A stretch of 64,000 nt of DNA from NCBI RefSeq assembly GCF_009914755.1, contig NC_060925.1, one strand, 5' to 3'. The position numbers and the translations under genes were made by a program. The stretch is from the human T2T-CHM13v2.0 reference genome, Homo sapiens. Each line of letters starts with the position of its first letter. Positions within the stretch are counted from its first letter, which is position 1. Shown here one piece after another: positions 53,929 to 64,000 of the stretch. The notes under the pieces are model-generated. The model had not been told where the DNA came from and searched no databases. It saw nothing but the letters and a program-made list of their open reading frames with translations.

Positions 53929-54173
53929 TAGGCCTCAGTTTCCATATATGTGAAGTGAGGAATGGGGACTGTGTTTTCTCTTGGCCTCCTTCCAGCTGTG
54001 ATGGTCTGTGAATCTCCTGGAAGCCAGCTCTGGGTCCAGTCCTGTCTTGGGGAAATTAGACCAGAAAAGCACAGAACATACACAAGAACCCAACAGCATC
54101 ATCTGATACAAGCCCATACTCCCACTGGCACACAGTATCTTTGCTTACCTAATTACATGCACGCACACGTACA
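53929..54173 (+). repeat. Local duplicate (~245 bp) of 56866-57124
   Basis: Near-identical sequence taggcctcagtttccatatatgtgaagtgagg...ctttgcttacctaatta at both sites. The ORF track gives paralogous peptides at 53935-54117 and 56872-57054. Confidence 0.95.
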
Positions 54174-54598
54174 GAGGCCCTGTCTCTACAAAAAAATTAA
54201 AAAATTAGCCAGACATGGTGGCACATGCCTGTAGTCCCAGCTACTCAGAAGGCTGAGGTGGAAGGATCACTTGAGCGTAGGAGGTAGAGGCTGCAGTGAA
54301 CTGTAATCACGCCATTGCACTCTAGCCTGGGCAACAAAGTGAGACTCTGTCTCAAAAAAAAAAAAAGAGGTATCAGTTGTAAGCTGGTAAGAACGATACA
54401 GTGGAGAAGGAAAATTTGAGGACACAAGAAAGAGAGGAGTAATTTCAAGAGGAAAGTCTTTTTTTTTGAGACGGAGTCTCGCTCTGTCGGTCACCCAGAC
54501 TGGAGTGCAGTGGGTGAGAGGGGATGGGATCCAGGGCACCAGTGAAGGGTTGGCCTTAGGGGCAGTGACGTATCATTTGCATAACAGAAGACTGCTGA

Positions 54599-54943
<345 letters not shown>

Positions 54944-56049
54944 TGAGGAGAGAAGACAAATTGTGAAATAATTATCTGAAAGAACTGGTAAATGAATCAA
55001 CCAGGGAAACACAGAACCGCCAGGTATTGCCAAGGGTCCCTTTTGGGGTCTGTGGTTATAGATTTAAAGTGAGACAAGTCAACAAAGCTATGCATTTTTC
55101 TCCAGCCAGATTCAGCTATCCAAGTGCAGGTGCAGAACAGTGGATTTAACTGGCAAGTTACTATAGGTGAAATGGTGGATTAACTGGGTTGAGAACAGAG
55201 AGAGACAGAATCAACGGGGTTAAGGCAGTGATTACAATTAGAAGCCTTAGAACCTGAGGTGAGGAGGAAGGGCAATGAGGACCCGAGGGATGTTGATGGA
55301 AGATGCAAAAGTGAGAGGGTCGAGAGACTGAAGGTACCTGAGGAGTCAGGGAAGTGCTGAAGTGGAGAAGCTAGAGAGGGGAACAGAACTGGAATGACAG
55401 GAGGAGGTCAGCAGATAAAGGGAAACTTGAAATCAAGATTTTGGAAGTTGTGCGTTATTTTGTTAATGACACAGTCTAAAGCATGAACAGAGGAGTGGGA
55501 TGCTGAGATGTAAGAAGACAAATCTTTTTGGAAATGAGGAGTTGAGAAAATTGAAAGGCCCAGATGTTGGATGAATTGTCTGTGCGGATGCTGAAGCCAC
55601 TGAGAATAACAACAGAAGCAGTGATGAGAAGAAAACAGTGAGCCAGGAGCTGAAGAGCTGTAAGGAGCGCAATAAGAAGAATGGCAGGTGGCAGATGATC
55701 TTCCAAGGCGCTGGGAAGTCTTAGAAAGAAGAAGAAACTAAAATCTAGAGATAATGGAAAGCAGAGAGGTCACTTCCTCCATTTCCAGGCCCAGAGGAAG
55801 TTGAATTTAGGAAAAAAAAAAAAAAAACCACAATCACTGCTTGACAAGGATATAAGGAATGCTGTCCCTTCAGGAGAGAACCTGAAGTTTCCAGTAAAAA
55901 AGATGAAAAAGGAAACGTCTGGCTGGGCACAGTGGCTCATGACTGTAATCCCAACACTTTGGAAGGCCAATGCAGGAGGATCACTTGAGGCCTAGAGTTT
56001 GAGACCAGCTTGGGAAACACAGAGAGACCACATCTCTACAAGTAACTTA

Positions 56050-56563
<514 letters not shown>

Positions 56564-57325
56564 TCACTGTGTTCAAGGAGTCCATATTCACACACTTCAA
56601 CGTGCCTGTGGATTTTCAGAAAGGATGTAAAACAAACTGTCAACAGCCAGAATGACCAGGCCTCTTCGAGGCCAGAGTCGATGAAATTTAAGACCTGACT
56701 CCAGCCTGTGAGTGCGAGAGAAGGAATGACTCTTACACCCTAGTAAGGGGATGCCCATAGCGGGTAGGGAGTCTTCACAGATGCACCCACAGACCCCCTA
56801 CACTGAGGTCTATGACTCCATGAATTTGGCTGTGTTTTCATTTTTGATAAGCCCCTTTCCACTGCTAGGCCTCAGTTTCCATATATGTGAAGTGAGGAAT
56901 GCGGACTGTGTTTTCTCTTGGCCTCCTTCCAGCTCTGACAGTCTGTGAATCTCCTGGAAGCCAGCTCTGGGTCCAGTCCTGTCTTGGGGAAATTAGACCA
57001 GAAAGGCACAGAGCATACACAAGAACCCAACAGCATCTTCTGACACAAGACCATACTCCCACTGGCACATAGTATCTTTGCTTACCTAATTATATGCATG
57101 GACACACAAACACACACATGTACACACCAGGCAAGAAAACTCACAACCGGGTCAGGCGCAGTGGCTTGCGCCTGTAACCACAGCACTTTGGGAGGCCGAG
57201 GCGGGTGGATCACCTGAGGTCAGGAGTTCGAGACCAGCCTGGCCAACCTGGTGAAACCCTGTCTCTACTAAAAATACAGAAATAGGCTCGGCGTGGTGGC
57301 ACACACCTGTAATCCCAGCTACTCA

Positions 57326-57493
<168 letters not shown>

Positions 57494-57583
57494 TCACCTC
57501 ACCGTACTCGGCACCATCACGTCCTAAACACAGTGTCCCATAATCATCATCTCACAAAATCTCAGTCCCAGACTTCTGCCTAC

Positions 57584-57736
57584 CTTGAGCAGATGGGGCA
57601 ACTGCTGGGTAACCAGCTCTTTGAACTCGTTGACGCTGAGGCTATCCTTCCGGCCCTCCTGCCTTGCAAAGGTGAAGAAGGTGGTGACCACGGTCTCAAT
57701 GGACTCCTCTAGCTCTGTCAGTGGTTCTGCTGCCAT
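57584..57736 (-). CDS. S100A13: S100A13 first coding exon
   Basis: Encodes [53 protein letters not shown] at 57582-57583, acceptor AG at 57798-57799. Total protein 98 aa. Confidence 0.97.
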
Positions 57737-58402
57737 TAGGACCCTGAGGCCAAAGCTGATGTCCTCAAGGGGCTAGCTGACCTTTGTCAGGGCTGACCTG
57801 TGGAAGAGAGAAGGAGCAGAGAGGGAGAGTCAGGGAGCCCCAAGATGCAGGAATGGTTCAGAAGGTCCCTGCCTTGGTGTTATCACATCAGTCTCAGCCT
57901 GGAGGGGGCATATGGGGAAAGAGGGAGAGGACAGGGGTTGAGCTTGGGGCAGCAGACCAGGCAACGGCATCTCAGTTTTGGTGGGGGCAGGAGATTCAGC
58001 TCCAGAAACCCCCTCTTCTGTAGGTCTCACAATCCGGGATCCTTTTTAAATGTCTGTGGCTTAGGGACCCCTCTGTGGTGATCCCTCGATCTGGAGACCC
58101 CTCTACTTGAGAGGAGGTCTTCAGTTGAAGGTCCTTCTTGGAGTCCTTCAAGTCTGGTGGCCCCTCTGTGGCGTGTCTGTCTCAAGAATCCCTTCTTGTC
58201 TCACCCAGACTCACAGGTCATAAGGTTGTTTGTCTCCAAAGCTTGTTTATGTTGGGCCCTGGTCTCCGGCCACTCGCATCCGCCCACACACACTCTAACC
58301 GCTCCTCCCAGCAGAGAAGCACAGGGTCTGGCAAATGTCCCCTGTGGTCAGAGCTGGCTCCGTCTGAACAGACCCATTTTCTCTGCCCCGCTCCACCCTT
58401 AC

Positions 58403-58885
58403 CTCTCCTCAGCGGCAGCAGGGCAGAGTGCTGAACCCAGGACCCCACAGATCCTCCCCGCTCCTGTCTCCCGGTGACAAGGGTCCTGGAACGGGGCGTC
58501 TCTGACTCCCTGCTCCAGGACGGGTTTAGTACAGGCACTCACAACCCCCTGGGGTGCGGCGGGTGGGGCTGGAAGAGGCATTCTCTTTTCTGTCCACCCC
58601 GTCACACACTCCTGCACGCGCTGTTGCTCGATCATCCAAAGCTCCTTCCTGAATTCCTGTCTGAGCTGGCTCTGGGGGAGGGACCTGGGAGCCCAGGAAG
58701 AAAAAATGATCTCCAGCCTCCCTCCAGGGTCAGCCATGAGACTCACCCGGCAAGGAGATGGGGTAGAGTGAGCTGGAGCCTCAGGGCTGAGGTTTATAAG
58801 CAGCGGGGAAGGAGGAGAGAGCTGCTTCCAAGCCCGGAGGTGTCAAATTTCCGTGGTCGATTCTGAAGACCAGAGACAGCCCAAT
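58403..58885 (-). promoter_or_regulatory. S100A13: S100A13 proximal promoter with alternative non-coding first exons
   Basis: TATAAA at 58793-58798 (-) and CCAAT near 58881. Donors GGG|GTGAGT (exon end 58747) and GAG|GTAAGG (exon end 58403). Confidence 0.75.
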
Positions 58886-59109
58886 CAGGCCGCTTGCCCT
58901 GAGCCCTCAGGTCTGGACCCGGGCTCCCTGCCAGCCACACGAGCGCCCCCACTTGGTCAGGGAGAGGAGCTGCCTGGACAGATCTCGTTCGGCAGGGGTC
59001 CCAGGGTCCTAGTCCTCTCAATACTGGGGGCTGCTGCCACCATACCCATGTCTAATCAGGAGTGTGTATGCTGAGGGGGGAAGAGGGAGGCAACCAATCA
59101 AGGGAGCTC

Positions 59110-59370
59110 AACACTGAGAGGCCCAATCTGAGACACACACAGAGGCCCCTTGGAATGAGATCCCACAAAGGATGCTACAGACCAAGATCCCTCAGAGAAC
59201 CCCAGGCTGAGGCCCCACACACAGAGGGGGATCCAGGTTGAGACCCCCAGAGAAGAGTCCTGGATTGAAATCCCTCTGTGGGTTCTCAGACTCCCAAGAC
59301 TAAGTTTCTCACTGAGGGTCCTCTCAGTGAGGCCCCATGGAGGAGCCACAGACTAAGACCCCCTCAGCAG
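59110..59370 (+). repeat. Degenerate ~25-30-nt tandem array of the same motif
   Basis: Units: ctgagacacacacagaggcccc, tgagatcccacaaaggatgc, caagatccctcagagaaccccagg, ctgaggccccacacacagagggggatccagg, ttgagacccccagagaagagtcctgg. Confidence 0.6.
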
Positions 59371-59384
59371 AATTCCCCCCTTAC

Positions 59385-59501
59385 CGGGCTCAACCAGCAC
59401 AGCCAGCCACAGGTACTGCAAGGCCCAGCTTGGGGTAAGACATCCAGTGTCCCTCCCAGGACCTCCTTCCCACCTCTTTCCCCTGCACCATCCACTGCTG
59501 C
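59385..59501 (-). other. S100A13: Internal non-coding exon, probably of a long S100A13 isoform
   Basis: Acceptor cccgttcctttctctccAG (AG at 59502-59503) and donor CCG|GTAAGG (GT at 59383-59384) bracket 117 nt. Confidence 0.6.
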
Positions 59502-59660
59502 CTGGAGAGAAAGGAACGGGGCAAGCAAGGCTGGGAAAGAGACAAGGGCCGCCTGTTCCAGCCCAGGAGACAGAGGGCGCCTCTGTCTGCTCCTGGCCCC
59601 TTGCCCCACAGGGTGTTCGTCTGTGAAGGGGTGGAGTCGGTGGGGGGGTCAGCGGGGGAG

Positions 59661-59760
59661 GGACTGTTGAAGACAGGTCTCCACACACAGCTCCAGCAGC
59701 CACATTTGCAACCTTGGCCATCTGTCCAGAACCTGCTCCCACCTCAGGCCCAGGCCAACC
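59661..59760 (+). other. S100A1: S100A1 non-coding exon 1
   Basis: Ends ...GGCCAACC|GTGAGT, a consensus donor at 59761. The 5' end is approximate and no TATA box is visible. Confidence 0.75.
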
Positions 59761-61785
59761 GTGAGTACCCTGCCCCACTGGGCTAGTCCCTGGCCTGCCA
59801 GCTTCAGGGAGAGGGGTCTTCAGAAGGGCTCCAAGAGGCTGGGGACCATAGCACTGTGGAGCACTGAGGATCTGGGAGGAGTCAGTCAGGGTGAGGGCAG
59901 TTTGGGATTTGGGGGAGACAGGGTTTGGAAGGTGGTGATGAGAGACAAATGAACTGAAGGTCGGAGAGAGAGCTGGCAGCTCAGCAAAGGAGGAAGCCAG
60001 TGGGGAACCCACCATGAGCTTCCTGACCGCCTGGCCCTCCCACAGGGAGCCCTCAAGTCCCTGCCAAGGCCCCCTCTGTCTCCCAGGTGTTGGGAAGGGT
60101 CCCAGCCCTCCCCTGCCTCGCCTCCTGTGGGGTAAGAAGAGAGCAGATACAACAGCTGTTTCTGCCCCCACCTCTCCTGCCAGCCTTAGTCTCTGCCACC
60201 CCCACCCTGCCTTGCCAAGAGCTCAGGTCCCGGGGGAGTCTGGGGGTGGCAGGGCAAAGCTCCCATGATATGGGGAAGCAGAGATGTAGGGTGCTGTGCC
60301 CCTTCCCAACTCGACCTCCACAGGACCTCCCCTTTCTCCTCCTCCCATTTTTGGCCCAGACCTCTTGACTCCTCTTTCCCCCCATTCTTACCTCTTTGTT
60401 TCCCCATCTCCCCTGCCCCCAAGTCCTCTCAGAACTGCCACCACGTAAAATCCCAGGCTGCTTTAGGGCTCCAGGTGACCTCCAGCTGCCCCTCTGGCAT
60501 GGAGCAGGTAATCAAGCTACCAGCACCCCTCCCTCAAGCACCCCTTATCCCCTCATCAGCCACAGCTTGGGTTCCATCTCCCCCATGTCTCTGTGACAAC
60601 TGCTTCTCAGGTCCGGAGTTCAGATGACACTCACAAGGGCCCCATTGAAGAACTGGGATGTCATTCGATCAGGGGCCATTGTCCAGCCCCCTAGGCCTGG
60701 GGAAGGATGGGGACATCTGATCCGAGACACCTGAGCTGCCCCCTCTGGGGTTGTGGAAGGCCAGACTGTCCCAGGGCCAAGGGAAAGAGGCCCCCCGGCT
60801 TGGCAGTCTTCTCTCTCAACAGACCACTCCTTTCTCCTTTCTTCTCCTACTCTCTCCCAGCCCCTTGAACTCAAAGGACCGCATGCTTTCAGCCCTTTCT
60901 CTCCCCCAACACACAGCAGCCCCATTCCCCTTGCTCCCACTATCCCCGAATCAACCAGGAGTGAGCAGTTGCAGGGACAACGCCTGCAGGTCTCCTCTCC
61001 CACTCCCTGGGAACTCTGGCTCCAAGGAAAAGGCTCAGACATTCCTCTCTCCCCTTCTGCCACCCACCAGATGGAAGGGATAATTTTGCAGAGGCAATGG
61101 GAGCATATCCCAAAGAAGCCAAAATGACATGTTCAGGAGAGAACAGAGTTGAAGGACCAAAAGGGGCCCCCAGCTGCTGACAGGAAACTCAGAGTCAGTG
61201 AGACCTCCCTCCCCCAGAAGGCGTACGCCACCCACTGGGGCTGCCATCCCCTCTACCAGGCTGACCGAGGGTACCAGACTGACTCCTTGCTAGGGGTGGG
61301 CAGCAGAAGGAAGGCTGTAGTGGACACCCCAGCCCACCACCCTCAACAGCAGAGCTTGGCTATGCTAGACAGGCAAGGTCCAGGGTAAAAATAGAGCCAG
61401 AGGAAGCATGGCCCAGTCCTGTGACCACCCCTGCCTGCCCCACCCTCCTCAATCCCTGCCTGGGCAGCCACTGCAGACATCTACCACAGGCCTCTGGAGC
61501 CAGCCCAGCTCCAACTGCTCTCTCTCCATGCCCCAACCCTGATTCCCTCTGGCTGGGGTACAGACTGAGGGACACAGAGAACAGGCCTGCACTTAGGTCT
61601 CTTGGGGTTTCCCTCACATTGTAAAATCTCAGGGAAAGATCAATTGCAGTAGGGCTCTAATCCCACAGCTATTTGAGCTGTCAGCCAGGGCCAGTCCTGA
61701 GGGTTCCCCTCACCTAGACCCCAGGTACTCCGGGCCTGGTCCTCAGCTCACTTCCATGATGGGGGTGGGTAGGTGCACTGCTGCA

Positions 61786-61926
61786 ATGGGCTCTGAGCTG
61801 GAGACGGCGATGGAGACCCTCATCAACGTGTTCCACGCCCACTCGGGCAAAGAGGGGGACAAGTACAAGCTGAGCAAGAAGGAGCTGAAAGAGCTGCTGC
61901 AGACGGAGCTCTCTGGCTTCCTGGAT
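61786..61926 (+). CDS. S100A1: S100A1 first coding exon
   Basis: Encodes [47 protein letters not shown], followed by a GTGAG donor at 61927. Acceptor AG at 61771-61772. Confidence 0.97.
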
Positions 61927-62961
61927 GTGAGCATAGAGTGGTGGAGTGGGAGTGGAGTGGGTGAAGGTTGGGGGAATGGGGTGGACACCCCCTTGCTATC
62001 TCCCCACCCCACCTCCAGCTCAGCCTAGCCTCTTTCTTTCCTTTCCCAGGCTTCTCTCCTGGGTTTTTCCAGGCTCCCCTACTCCTCCTGGGTCAAGTCA
62101 AAATGCCCTGGTTTATTGATCACCTGTTAAGTGTTAGGCCCTGTGTAGATTCATCAATAATAAGACACACAGACTTAGAAGGGAAAGATTGACACTTAAA
62201 AGTAAACCATGAACTCCAGGAAATACACAGAGCCTTAACAGATGTACCAGAAAGGGTTATGAGAGATTATTAACCTGATTGAAGTCAGATGGCTTTCCTG
62301 AAGAGGTGGCACTTGAACCATGGATTTCCATTGGAAGATTATCTGGGTAAATGCAGACATTTTAGGAGGAGGTAACTGAATGAACAAAAGCATGGGAGAA
62401 AGAAGAATGTGGAGCATGTCAGTAGTTTCATTCAACTGGCATGAAGGATGTAGAAAACTAGGCTGCTAAGGCTAACCAGGGCCCCAAAGTAAAGAAGCCT
62501 CAGGATACGGTAGAAAGTGCACCGGTTTTGAGGTTTTATTGGACTGGGTTCAAATTCCAGCCCTGCTACTTTCTAGCTGTGGGACTTTGGGCATATTTAT
62601 TTAACCACCGATTACCAATTTGTTTCTTCTCTAGAATGGAAATAATGAAACATACCTCACATTATTTGTATTAGAATTAAATTAGACAGTGCTTGTAAAG
62701 CTCCTAGTGTAGTGCTTGCTTTATTATAGGCACTGAACATACGGTAACTGGTGTCATTATTATTCATTCTGCCAGGTGAAAGAGCTTATGCTGTAGGCAA
62801 CAGAAGCCCTCAAGACCTTTGAGGAGGCCTAGAAGAGTCCCATAATTCAATGCAGTTCCTCTCGCTCATCTTTGCCTCCTGCTCCTCAACCACCCCCTTG
62901 CCTCTGACTCAGTGCTGTACCCTTCCCTATACACCTCCCTCTTCCTCTCCTCCCACCACAG

Positions 62962-63105
62962 GCCCAGAAGGATGTGGATGCTGTGGACAAGGTGATGAAG
63001 GAGCTAGACGAGAATGGAGACGGGGAGGTGGACTTCCAGGAGTATGTGGTGCTTGTGGCTGCTCTCACAGTGGCCTGTAACAATTTCTTCTGGGAGAACA
63101 GTTGA
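62962..63105 (+). CDS. S100A1: S100A1 last coding exon
   Basis: Encodes AQKDVDAVDKVMKELDENGDGEVDFQEYVVLVAALTVACNNFFWENS*, with canonical EF loop DENGDGEVDFQE. AG at 62960-62961, TGA at 63103-63105. Total protein 94 aa. Confidence 0.97.
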   Translation, partial: AQKDVDAVDKVMKELDENGDGEVDFQEYVVLVAALTVACNNFFWENS

Positions 63106-63251
63106 GCAGACAGCCACATTGGGCAGCGCCCTTCCTCTCCACCCTCCCAGACCTGCCTCTTCCCCCTGCTTCCACCTCACCCCACTTATCCCTCTCCATA
63201 ACCCCACCCTTGCCCACCCCACCCCCACCCCCACCAAGGGCGCAAGAGTAG

Positions 63252-63834
<583 letters not shown>

Positions 63835-64000
63835 GAAAGAATCTTCTTTCAATCAACGAACATTTACTTAAGTGGTACTATGTGTAAACACTGTAGGAAC
63901 TGAGGCTCCAGCATTAAGCAAAATAACCACGATCCTTACCCTCACATGGGTAAGGATGCTGGGCCATTACTTACACACAGACACACACAAACACATACAC

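Noticed and set aside
59353-60171. 272-aa ORF on - across S100A1 exon 1/intron 1
   Set aside because: Low-complexity G/P/A-rich product expected from GC-rich promoter DNA; no recognisable domain.

Overview
This window is hominoid (almost certainly human) DNA from the 1q21 S100 gene cluster. The right 26 kb holds four intact, intron-containing EF-hand S100 genes: S100A16 (-), S100A14 (-), S100A13 (-) and S100A1 (+). I checked all their coding exons, splice sites and poly(A) signals by eye. The left 38 kb is intergenic and made mostly of repeats: dozens of Alus, two SVAs of different subtype, old L1/L2/MIR fragments, MaLR/ERVL LTRs and an ERV1-type element. Nearly all ORFs in the supplied track are Alu, SVA or simple-repeat artefacts. 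I found no new multi-gene system. The most notable signals are: (i) a cap-to-poly(A) ERV transcript retroposed by L1, with a 17-bp target-site duplication (TSD), just downstream of S100A16, and a second poly(A)-tailed LTR12/ERV9 RNA fragment inside an Alu; (ii) several tiny transduced or orphan retroinsertions; (iii) a ~245-bp local templated copy inside an Alu; (iv) a degenerate ~25-30-nt repeat forming arrays beside the S100 genes; and (v) unusual processing features: an in-frame uORF in S100A14, a G-rich acceptor in S100A1, and an S100A13 exon that implies antisense overlap with S100A1. Repeat subfamily names come from recall of consensus sequences and need RepeatMasker/Dfam confirmation.
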